From NCBI GenBank assembly GCA_046563655.1, contig CM102283.1, positions 7,006,001-7,070,000 on the forward strand: a stretch of 64,000 nucleotides of DNA, written 5' to 3'. The DNA comes from Yuukianura sp. NJ FZ-2021. Lineage: Eukaryota. The notes beneath the pieces are model-generated. The model had not been told where the DNA came from, ran no database searches, and saw nothing but the letters and a program-made list of their open reading frames with translations. The position numbers were made by a program, and so were the translations under genes. Each line of letters starts with the position of its first letter. Positions within the stretch are counted from its first letter, which is position 1. Shown piece after piece: positions 14,984 through 27,004 of the stretch.

Positions 14984-17763
14984 ATGACTGCTCCAGACCT
15001 CATACTTTCACAACCGCTCAAGAATGAGCCCAGCAACGTCGACAGGAACTGGAACACAGTACGCATAGAGCAGGTACGCCAACGAAATCTGTAAACTACG
15101 ACAAAAACTTTGAAATTTTCAAAAAGTTTTCCCAAATTCAAAATTTCAGGACCTAGAACTCAAAACGCTGCCGTCACCAACAGATAGATGTGGATTCGCC
15201 GTCTTCAAACCGTCATGGCTCCAAGGTTACGGTACCAAGAAAATATTTCTGGTGGCGTTTATGCTTTTAAGCGTCGTCCAGGGCATGGTCTGGTCATACT
15301 TTACCGCTACACTGTCAACTGTCCAGAAGCGATTCAAAATCAGTTCGGAAACGACAGGTCAATTTTCAAGAAAATGAAAAATTCAGACTTTCTTTTTCAA
15401 AATTTCAAAATTTTTGGTTTTCGTTTTCACAGGGATTGTAATGACTGGAAGTGAAGTGAGTCAAATGATGTTTTCCATCGTAGTTTCATACTATGGCGCC
15501 AGAGCACACAGAACTCGGTGGATGGCGTTTGGCGTTCTACTGAACGCCATTTCCTGTTTTGCAATTGCCGCTGGTCACTTCCTGTACGGTTCTGGCAGGG
15601 AGGCGCTCTACCTCACTGAAGAATACTCTTTACTTGACCCTAACTTGAACAAAGTGAGTCCAGGTCAAGGTCACTCGACTTCAAATCCGCTTGTACCAGG
15701 TTCTGAAACGTCATTGGCCGACAGAAAGTTGCTGAGCAAAGTCGCCCTGTGTCAGAAAACGCTGGAGGATGGTAGAGGGAATCACGGCGAGGAAGAAATG
15801 TCATTGGCTCCGATGATTCTTCTATTCATGGCGCTGTTTCTGCATGGAATCGGTGGACTATTTCTGTGGACACTAGGTAAGACCATCTAAAGCAATCTAA
15901 AACTTAATTAATCAGTAGTTCATCAATTGATTAATCAACAGGAGGACCTTACCTAGATGACAATTCAAAACGGAAAAGTTTACCGCTGCTGTTCGGAACT
16001 ACGTCGAGCTTGAGACTGATTGGTCCAACGTTTGGGTTTTTACTGGCGTCATTTTCTTTAAAAATGTACGTCAATCCCATGCTGACTCCAACAATTTCTC
16101 AGGAAGATCCGAGATACATCGGAGCTTGGTGGTTTGGTAAACATATAACAAAGTTTTTAAACAATATAAATATAAAACATTTTAAATATTTAAACTAATT
16201 ATTTAATTCAGGTTGGACAGTAATCGGTTCCCTGCTGCTCGTTTTTTCGTTCATAATTGCCCTGTTTCCAAGAAAATTAAGACGAGGAAGCGTTTCTGGT
16301 CATGCAGCGGATTGCGAGCCAAAGCAGAAGCATTTGCCAGCACTTTCAGGTGAGATTATTAATTTATAATAATATAATAATATATGTTATAATTAATATT
16401 AATAATAATATCTTATTTCTTGTGTTAGAACTTCCACATGCCCTTAGGCTGCTAATGAAAAATAGAGTATTCATTTCAAACAATCTGGCCGGAATTTTCT
16501 TCGTGTTCTCCGCCATGTCCTACTGGACCTACATGCCCAAGTACATGGAAACAATATTTTTCCAGACAGCAGCAGACGCCTCCATCATCTCAGGTACTGC
16601 GCAGATTGGAAAAGATGTTTGCGCATGATTATGTTCCCGCCATTTTTGAATTCCTGCAATTTGAATTCCAGGTATCATGAGCATAGTGTCTCAAGCCAGT
16701 GGTCTGATGGCCTCTGGATACTTGATATCCAAGTTCCAGTTTAGCGCAAGGCAATTGGCTGGCTGGAACACAATGACTGGATTTATTCATGGGTTGATCA
16801 TTTTGTACTTTGTTACACTGGGATGTGATGGAGGCAACTTTTCATTTGGATCTCAAAAGTCAGACGGAACCTTTGACCCCACGAGTACTTGCAACACAAA
16901 CTGTAACTGTGAAATTAGTAAGATACTGCCAGTATGCCACGCTGACACCAAAACAGTTTTCTACTCGGCGTGTCATGCTGGATGTGAATCGTATGACGCT
17001 GAAACGAAATCTATGTCTAACTGCGCATGTCTGCAGAATCCCAATGCCACAGTGACTATAGGAAACTGTGCCGAAGGATGCTCAAGTATATTTCTGACGT
17101 TTTTGATTGTGAATGCTCTGATTAAGTTTTTTGATTCTACTGGACGCATTGGGCATATGTTGATTAGCTATCGGTAAGTATTGCTAAATGATAAATATGG
17201 ATTAAAATTAATTAAAATATAAATTAATATTTAATTGGGTTTCGTTTAAGGTGTGTTCGACTGGAGGAACGTGAGCTTTCAATTGGACTTCACATAGCCC
17301 TGCTCAGTGCCTTTGCGTTCATTCCAGCTCCAATCGTTTTTGGAAGAATTATAGGTACAATTTCACACTTTGTTGAAATTTTGATTTGTATTTTTTCAAA
17401 TTTTGAACTTTTTCAAAACTTTTTTTTAGATAGCGTCTGTCTAGTCTGGGGCACAGGAAGTGGTGCTCATGGACGCGGAAACTGTATGTTGTACGACGGG
17501 AAAGACCTCCGATACTTGTTTAATGTCGTAGCTGCATGTAACTATTTAACAAATTTTATGAAATCTAGAATCAAAATTCCTAGATTCGACATCGGCTTGC
17601 TTTTTTAAGGTTTTTTTTTTTGGTTGATTTAGCACTGATCTTCATTTGCGTCTTTTTTGACTGGTGCGTTTGGTATTACGTGAAAGGACTAGATCTGTAC
17701 AAAGAACCTCATGACGACAAAGATCAATACGAAAAAGAAGAGCTTCTACCTAAAGTTGAATAG
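14984..17763 (+). CDS. Organic anion transporting polypeptide (OATP/SLCO family)
   Basis: About 10 exons. Motifs CGFAVFKPSWLQ, VSYYGARAHRTRW, YLDDNSKRK, DPRYIGAWWFGW, Kazal-like CNTNCNC...PVCHAD...SACHAGC, FIPAPIVFGRIID, CLVWG...GNCMLYD. Stop TAG at 17761-17763. Confidence 0.93.
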
Positions 17764-18376
17764 GAACCATCCAGCATCCGTATAAAAACTAACAAAACTG
17801 TGACTTAGGTTTAAAATCCACATAATCCTTACTAGCAAATCCGCCTTTCAGAAAATATTTATTTTAATTTTAGAATTTGTTTTATTTCTAATTTTAAGTT
17901 AAGATAGCTTTGGAATAGAAAAATGCTGCGCTGCAAAGTTGTAAAGCGTGAAATAGCGAAAAAAAAATCGTGTACTGCTGTTTAGATTATATTTAAGTAA
18001 ACTCCATTTTGAAAAAAATTTGGACAGCGTCTTTGTTCATCAAAACCATGAAAAATGAAATTATTGAACTCTTCAAAATGCACGAGAAATTGCGAATTTG
18101 TGTAATCCCATATTTCGGTGTCATCATAACCAGAAAGTGCTAGATGCTGGAAGATGCTTGCGGACAAGAGTAAAAACTTTTGCTGATGCTGCCCTGGCTT
18201 TCTAGCTAGGAGTAATTAAATGCACTGGCTGGAAGTGCCTATCTTTAATCCATTCTAAACTTTCAGCCGCAAAATATTATAATCCTGTAAAAGAAGTAAA
18301 GAATTCAGTTAATTATCTAAAATTCAAAGAAGCATTTTTTAGCAAGGTGGGGCATCAGCATCAGTGGGTGGGGCAT

Positions 18377-21321
18377 TCATAACTTCTCCTGTTCATCATT
18401 AAAAACTTTGGCAAGTTTTCTCCGTTTAAATCGCAGTGCTTCCTTTTCCAATCCTTGGATAAACTTTCGTTTAGTTTCAATTGGTCCAGCAATATCCGAT
18501 AATCGTGAAATCATAAAGTCCATTCCTACAAAAACAAATTAACAAAAAGAACCAAAAGTTATTAGGGTAACAATTTATGCAAGTTAGTCAAAAAGTTAGT
18601 CAACTTGCATTATAATTGCTATTTGACGAGCATTCAACACAACTTACGGACGATCGGTCGACGAATTTCTTTGTGCAGATCTGCTCGGACTTGTATATTT
18701 TGTTTCCAAATTTTTTCTTCTTCTTCTAAACGTCTTTGTAGAGTCAACTCGACTTCGAAACTTTCCGGCGACTTCCTCACATCTTCCGGTTCTTCCTCAT
18801 CATCTTCAACTTCTTCTTCGTTCTGATTGGACGACACTCCATTTGGAACCCTTGGAGGTACAGGGTCGTCTTCCGCCATGTATAATGATGAATCGTCTAG
18901 ATTATTCGTTTCAGGTAAATGCATAACCAACGGTGTGTCGATGCTAGTCGTAGGTACTGCTGAAATTGGCGTGACAGGATTCGGAACAAGATGGAACACT
19001 GTAGTAATTTCATCCGGATCGGAGTCATATGTAGGGCTGCTACCTGGACTGGATGCTGGTGACGGCACTGGACTGTCATCGTATAGTTCATCTGGAGCAT
19101 ACGGTAGTCGGTTTTTGTTTGGAATGAAATGATATCCCTTGGGAAGTGGACCGGGTTTCCGCTTGTGTTTTCTTGTTGGTGTGGCTGATCCATCTTCAAT
19201 TGCTCCCACAATTGGATCCAAATCGGCTTCATCAATCTTGTCAATGACAATTCGTTTGTCAATCTTAAATGGATTTCCAAACATATGCTGCCGAACAGGA
19301 GTAGACTCGATTTCACGTAGTGGTGTTGGCATTCTCTTGAGATACTCTTGGTAATTTCCCATTTGAGCTACTGGTTGATTATGCAGGGACTCCGTAGCTT
19401 GTAAATAAGTGGAGGGACGGAAAAAGTGGCTCCTCAACTTGCATAGATGATCCAGTAGTTGGTCACGAGGAACGTCAAATGGATTTTTGAACAAATTGAT
19501 TCTCTTGACTGACGAAGCTACGTTGAGGACCTCTTTAGCCTGAACTCTCGTTCCAACTTCGGCACAAGTTCGTTCATATTCAATCTTGGCTTGAGACTTT
19601 AATTTCTTGAGGTAATTGAGAACAGAGTAGGAAAGATAAGTCTCCTCGGCAATTGTTGGAGCAATGTTGTTGGCTCCTATGCGACTAAGGGCTCGTTTGA
19701 GTGGTCCAATATAGTATGGTGGGACTGTTGACATGTAAAGACCGAATTGTGAACGCCATTCGTTATTTGGTGGTTTGAGTCTATAGATTTGGATAAGATC
19801 CTGAAGCAATGGCAGTAGCATGGGATAATTGTAGGGCATTACAAATAAATTTACGCAGGTCAAGTTAGTAGAGGCTTTCAAATAACCGAAAGCATGACCT
19901 AGGGAACCTCCATTCCGGGAACTACTGGGCAGGAAGACCTAGGGAACAAATTGTGAAAAAATATGAACGTTTAAGGTCAAGAATAATTAGTGACAGTATT
20001 TTCTACACAATCAAACCTGCCAGCAAGTGTTGGGCTGCTTCCGTGCTAAAATGTACTGAGTCAGTGGATTTGGTTCTAGCTCGTATTTGTCAAATGGAAA
20101 GTTTTCTATTGCAAGTGGTTCGATGGACTGACACAGAAACTTGACGTTGGGATGAGCACTGCGTGGTGGCAAAGAGGGAAGATTGACATCTGGCCAAAAG
20201 GCTTCTGGAATTGGCCAAAATCCGCCAGCAAATCCTGTCTTCTGAGCCGATCTCGGTACGAAAATCATACGTCTCGTAGAATGCCACCTCGTTCCTTCTT
20301 CGTCTTCTTTACCTGCAATTAGCAGGCTTTGTGTTAGTAATTAATGTCAACTATGTTAAGGTATATGTCAAGCTACCCTCCATTCCCGGAGCTGGAGCAG
20401 GATCTGGGCCACATTTTTCGAAATGCAAGACAACCCCTGCTTGAACTTTTTGAGCAATTGATTCTATACATTGATGAAGCATTCTATGGGTGGTGATGGC
20501 ATAAGATCGTCCACCAGTGGCATCACACATGAGTTCAATTGGAGAATCATCTGGAGGAACAAGTCCGGTTTCCCTGTCAGAGTTTGATGGCTGTCCACTC
20601 ATTTTCAGTACAAGTCCAAATAAACGCTGATCCCACCTAAATGGTTCTCGTGTTAACTCGGCTCCGGGACTCGATCCATGTAATTTTAGCTGTGCGAATT
20701 TGTAAAGATTTTTTGTTACATTACCAACGATTTGTCTAACTGATTGCTACGTTACCTCATCTGACACGCCGGCATTAGAACTAAGTCTACCTCCATCAGT
20801 TATTACAACAATTATGGAAGGCTCCAAATAGAAAGGGGAACGCCCTTGGCCATACGTATCAATTCCATGCTGCATTCGATTTACATTTAGAACGTCAAAT
20901 GTATGCCGCAGGGCTTGTCCCAATGTAGTTAGCCCAGTAGCTTGCAAATTTTTGAGTTCTGTAGTAAACGTTTGCAGGTTTTCCTTCCATCCTGCCTGTA
21001 AATAAACATTAGCCATTGCAGTTACTGAATCTAAACCAACAACTAAAAGTCAAACTTTACTCTGATGTTGTTCGGTGGTTCCTCAAATGTCAGCAGCATA
21101 TAACGATCTCCTCTACTTTCAACCGACCTCTGGCGAACCTAAAAAACAAGAGTTTGTATTAGCCAATCAATGTTATGAAAACAAACCTGGATAAATTAAT
21201 TTACTTTGACAAAATATTCCACTGCACTTTTGGCCACATCCAGAAGACTTGGACGACCTCCCAGGAAAATCCTCTGATTCATTGACGCCGAAGTGTCAAT
21301 CAAAAACACAATGATCGTCAT
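18377..21321 (-). CDS. INTS6: Integrator complex subunit 6 (vWA domain, C-terminal INTS6 domain)
   Basis: Starts MTIIVFLIDTSASMNQR. Contains AGWKEN...YGQGRSPFYLEPSIIVVITDGG, ELTREPFRWDQRLF, WPIPEAFWPD, PFDKYELEP, MGNYQEYLK, HMFGNPFK. Last exon ...EALRFKRRKL...EKL with stop at 18377-18379. Confidence 0.95.
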
Positions 21322-21921
21322 GATTGGTTGACAATCACGAATGCTTTTCTGTCAATATTATTTGAAGATCCCCACTCCCAGTGTGAATCCAAGTCGTCTC
21401 GTTAATAGCGGCCCAGATTCTGCAACCTGACAAAGTTAAAATTCAAGATTACTCGCGGTGTACAGTGCATCGATCAATGTCAAATATGAATAAACTCTGA
21501 GTAGACAGTAGAGTACTGGCATTGCATGTTTGCAAATTGCAATTATTCACCCCAAGGTTCCACCGTTCTTACCAGCGTTCTACCAATCTGAAATGCCCGA
21601 AAACCCAATTCAAATTATTGCTGCTAGATAGCTCAAGTTCAGCTTAACAATACCGTTTTTAGATTAATTGTTATAAGTAATCGATTAAATCAGAATTTCA
21701 AATCCATTCGATCCCGATTTCTGCATTCGAAATTCGAATGAGAACTTACAGGAAAAGAGCAACACTTTTTATACTTTTTCATTTTCGAGAAACTCAACAT
21801 AACAAAAAAAAGAAATAAATTCAAATTTCGCGGGTTTTCAAACTTCTCTGATTCAAGTGAACTGTTATGAGACAAAAGTGAAAGTCAAAGTGAAAGTAAT
21901 TCTACAAAAGTACAACTTTGG

Positions 21922-21983
21922 ACACAAGTTTGGAACATGTTTGAGGCATGTTTCACACATGTATGACATGTTTAACACATGGA
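21922..21983. promoter_or_regulatory. Array of p53-family-like half-sites upstream of INTS6
   Basis: GAACATGTTT (21933-21942), one-base spacer, AGGCATGTTT (21944-21953) both match RRRCWWGYYY, flanked by degenerate copies. Sequence match only. Confidence 0.35.
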
Positions 21984-22937
21984 ATGTATTCCATTCAATT
22001 CAATACCAAACACAATACACAAAATTATGTACAAAAAATACATATTACAGTAAAAATACCCAAATAATCGAACACGTTTTAAGTTTTTTTTTCAGAAAAT
22101 AACAATAAATAAGAAATCATTACATCGACGAAACACTTTTTGCTAGGTCATACTAAAGTTAAGTCATTTGTGGATACTTGTGTAATGGGTTTTCCTAATT
22201 TCCTGGAGCCATTACAGTAATAGCTTCCCAGTCAGCATGGAATAGCCTAGAGAAAATACCATTCAACAAATAAATAGGTTTTTCATGCCATAACAGTTGG
22301 AGACACAGAGAAAAGCTTTTTCTGATGACTTATCCTTCTGTCTCCTCCCTAACATAACATAGCTTCCAGAAAAAGCAAGTTAGAACTACCTTACTACTGT
22401 AGTAACAAGCTCGCTTTCATTTTATTTTGATAGGATAATGTAATATCCGAATTGAAGTCATTGAGACTTTGTGTCTAGATGCAGAATCCGAGTAGTAGCA
22501 TGTGATACTCGTTCTCTGGAAAGCGGAGTCTGGAAAACCGGGAGTCTGTGATCCCTTAGTCCTTTGCCTCAATAGAAGCCTTAGACACGCGTCTTTTATA
22601 GAAATTGAAAACGAGGGAAAGTTTCAGTAGTTGGTTGAGGCCGGGCCAAAGCGCAGCATCACTCCACTAACCATACGGGAGCAAAACGGAGAAATGTGAT
22701 TCTGGAAAGCCACTTGGAACTGAAATTCTGGAACACCAAAAACAGCGTGCTTTCTTCATGTTCTCTGCAAAGGAAACAGTTTCTCTAATTCCGCTTCAAA
22801 ATTCACTGAGAGATCAAAAGGATTAAGCCTTTTCGTTTGAAATACGAAACCAGAGTGAAAGTTATTGAGTTTTTGGCAAAAGTCAGGATTTTTATCACGT
22901 GACATAGTGATTTCAGTGGTGACAAGGTGACAGGATC

Positions 22938-25900
22938 ATGTCCACTGTGACATCGCCAGTAAGTGATGATGGCAGTCGAGATCCGTTGCAGTATAGTCTT
23001 CATCAACCCGCTAATCCACAGCGGATGAAACTGCAGCACAGACACTCTGAAAGCATCATCAGCGTCAGGTCACTTCAGACAGACTTGGAGGCGGGACTGG
23101 GCAATAATGCTCGAATGTAAGCTTCGTGTTTTTTTCTCATTTTCGAGAAACAGATTAAAACTAACAAAAAAAAGTGTTAAAAAAGTCATTTCTTGTTTAA
23201 TTACAAAAAAAAACCTTGTACATTCCGTTCTTCTGACGTTTGTTTTTTTCTTTGGAAAGTTGGGAGAATGCAGATTCAAATGTCTAACCGAAATAAAGAT
23301 CTCACAAGAAATAAAACTTTCACCCATAAAATAATTTGAGAACATCCTAAAAATTTGGGAAAAAAGAGAAGATTTTATTATCTTTTACAACTTGCGGATT
23401 TTTTATGCTTTGGTTTGCCAAAGACTAAAATTTACTTCAAAAACTAGCCTAATCATCAAGAATTAAAATAGTTTTTTTTCACACAAAGTAAGCTGAAAAT
23501 TCATTTCAGCATTTTTTTTGCATAGTTCATCGGCTTTCACCATAGATCTAAAAACTCCATTTAATTTCCTTATATAAACTTATAAACTACTCAGACTAGG
23601 AATTTTTGAATTTGTTTATTTTTTTAGGGAAAAAGCTATCTTATGATGTACCGATTAAAAACAGAGCAGCAGTTTTGCTGTTAATAAATTTCGTTTCCAG
23701 AGTTCACTTTAGCAGAAAATGATCAATTTGTTTTTATGCTTTTCTTACAAAGTGAACAGACGTTTAGCACAAAGAAAAATACTTTGTGTCATCTGACTGC
23801 TGATTCTTCCGTTTTCTTTTCTGGAAAGGAGCCAGCAGTTCCCTTCCATTACGCTTCTTCCAAGATCCTAACTCCCCACTTTCTCTTTTTCAAAAAAGTT
23901 GAATACGAGGCCTTAATGATTTGGGAGTGCTGGTTAAGTATTGTTTAAGCTTGACACTCCCGGATCATTAGGCTGGAGTTTAGTTGAGCAATGATCTGTA
24001 AAACCTAGCGTTAAGATATACAAAACCTATCTTAAACTAAAACTTTTGTGCTGATTTCCTTTCATTTGGGAATTTAGAATTATTATGGCCAAAGTTTAGC
24101 TAAGGATTAAGACTTGAGAAATGGAGATGCTTTTGAAGTTTAAGGTTAGGCTTTAGGTTGGGGATGAGCATTAAGATAGGGAAGAGAGCTTAATGGTTCC
24201 TTTCCAAAAGTCAAGTTGGATTTGGAACAGAGTTTACCACGTACAGGAGCTTCTTCTGGAAGCTCAAGGAAAATGTCAATTGAAAATGGAGAAAGAGCGG
24301 CAAAGTTTCAATATATCGGTGGGCAATTTGTCTTCCGTCATAACGACAATGGACCAAAACTTTTTCTGGATTTTGTCTAATGGGCATCCAGAAAGGGGAG
24401 AGAAAGCCTATGGGAAACCAAGCAGTAAATAGTTATGAGCAGTAAGACGCTGGAACTGAAGTTGGATCAAGGTTAGGTAGAACTCTTGACTGACGTTAGG
24501 TAAGGTTTAGGTTGATCCGTGGACTCAAATCCTCGACAAAGCTAAGGTTCAAGTTTACTTTTTTGTGTTTTTGTTGAAAATGACAGAGTGAAAGTGGAGT
24601 CGGTAACTTTATGTTTGGAAAAGGTTATGTCTAGACTCAGATGTATGGTGACTTTCACCGATAGTAGAAAACTAATCCGTTGATTTTATCCAACCCACTG
24701 CACTTCTGTTGGGTTAACGTTAGGCTAGGTTCTGTTAGCCTTCTGTTTCTGGGCACTAGAGCCTTCAAGAGGAAACGGAAGAGTCAGGAAGTGAAAGTTG
24801 CTAAAGAGCCAGGCAGGAGCGGGAAGATCAACTTTCTCTGTCGCTCTTCAAAACCCCACTTCTCTTTCAATACAATTTGTTCCGAGACCTATCCTAATGT
24901 AATCTAACCTTAACATAACAGACATAACTACTTTCACTTGGTGTACTGGTGTACTTTCTATTCATTTTCACTTTCTCACTTTAGGGTTAGATTAACCTAA
25001 TGAAATTCAGTAAAATTCGATCATCCACTATCGCCCGTGTGATCCTTGACGACAACTTTCTCTCTTTCCTGGAAGTCGTTAGCAGTCCAATGTAACGGTC
25101 GATTAAAATTCCATTTTCATGTTATCACCAGAAACACTAAATTCAAAGACAAAATAGAAGTTGCAAAACGATTTTTAAAAAAACGAAATTTTGTTGGTTA
25201 CTCATTCCCTAATGCTTTCTCCAAATAAAACGTTCTTGTGTTGTCAAAAACATTTTTGGGGATTTTGGTTTTTTTGGTGATTGTTTCCTTTTTCTTGGAA
25301 ATTGGCTTTCAGAACCAGAATCAAATTTATTTGAAAAAACATTTCTCCAGAAAGGAATTTTTGTTGTATTGTTTTTTTCTTCGAATTTTTGAAAAATAAG
25401 TAGAGAACAAATCGATGTGAAGTATAGTTTCTAGGATCATGACTTTTTTAAAGAAAAAAAGCAGGATAAAGAAAAGTTTGAAAAGTTTTGAAAGAAAAGT
25501 TGAAGAACTGTGACACTACTTTTCCCTTTTGCTTGATCAAAAGAGAAAGTTAGTTTTTTTCTTACTAAAAGATGAAGAAGAGTGTCGTTATCTCGAAAGT
25601 TACTTTAAGTGCTATTGAAATGAAAATGGGCATGAAAACATGAAAAATTAGCACCGATTATGGTAATCTGAAGCCCATCTTGTAAATTTTCTCTAGCCTC
25701 TAGCCTTTTTTCATGTCAACAACTTGCGACGAGAGATGAAAACAAAAGATAATAAATTTTGAATCAATTTTTTTTTTTAAACGCTAAACTCTCCCCATTG
25801 TAAACAGGTTTTTTGGAAATTTGGCTGTTATTTGAACCTTGCGGTTTTTCGGACTTTCACCTGTGGGACTCTCTTTAATGTGTACAGGGGCTCATCTTGC

Positions 25901-27004
25901 AGCAGAAAAAGAGGTTATAGTTGGAGAGACAGTGACAAATGGAGGATCCCACGTCCCACACATTATCCCACTTTCACTTGCCTCAAAGTTAGGCTTTGTC
26001 TCCAGCATTAGAAGTGGTCTATAAGCTCAAACAGGGACGCGGGAAGACTCAATTTCCAAATTAAATTGTTCCACAAGCACAGAGTTATCCTTCACTTTAC
26101 ATCCATTATCCCTTCCTAGGACCTTTCACTACAATGTTTTCACTTACAACGTCCCTGCTCCTTTCAAGTCTATTCTCTCTTAGGTTTTCGTTCCAGAGCG
26201 TTGATTTAGTTAGGACTAAAAGCTAGGAGCTCCACCAGTCCGTGCCAATTTGGATTCAAGCCTAAAAGTTTTCCTAGAGTTAGAAAAAAAGGCGGGAAAG
26301 TGAAAAACTGGGCGCGGAAGAAAGCTCTTGTGAGCCAGTTCTGAAGCTGTCAGCGACCATTGACTGCTTTGACAGCGGCGGGATTTTGGCAGAATTCTGA
26401 CAAACATGTCAAAACTTTCGGCAAAAAAAATTTTATGGGGAAAGTAATCGAGGTGTAACTAAATGTCTGACTTACAGAAAACGCCGTAAAAACAAAACTG
26501 GAGTTTGAAAGATGTCAAGATATGACTAAAAGTCTGACTTGACAAACAGTCAGGGAAAACTAATAGTAGACAGAACTTGGAAAGCTGTCGAGGTGCGACT
26601 AAAAGTCTGACTAGTCTGACCAAACACTTTCCGTTTTTAGACAACTGAAACATGTCTCAGCTTTCACTTTTACCACACAAAACTTCCGGTTTTTGTCTAC
26701 ATTTTTATCTCTTTTGTATAACTTTCATATTAAAATTTGTATAAAAAATGAGAAACTGCTCTTGAGTCCTCTTGAATGTATTTTTCAATTCTTTTTTGAT
26801 TTTTTTGAAACAGAAGAGGAAGCCGCGGGAGGGGATCCGACATTCCGCCCACTGCAACGTGGAGTATTGCAGAGACTGTAGACGTTGGTCCAGGGAATGA
26901 GCGTGTAGCTTTTATAGTCGGCACGGCTACTGCACTCATCTTCCTAAGTGCTTTCATCCTCATCGCCGTCACGCTCAAACTTACGCCCCAAATTGACGAA
27001 AAGT
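22938..27004 (+). CDS. Variable unit A of single-pass membrane protein locus (exons 22938-23116, 26814-27004)
   Basis: AT|gtaagc joins cag|A in phase 2, giving ...NNARIRGSRGRG...ERVAFIVGTATALIFLSAFILIAVTLKLTPQIDEK, ending in phase-1 donor T|gtaagt. Confidence 0.75.

Noticed and set aside
18605-19354. Plus-strand ORFs opposite INTS6, and similar antisense ORFs opposite other long exons
   Set aside because: Shadow frames of genuine coding exons.
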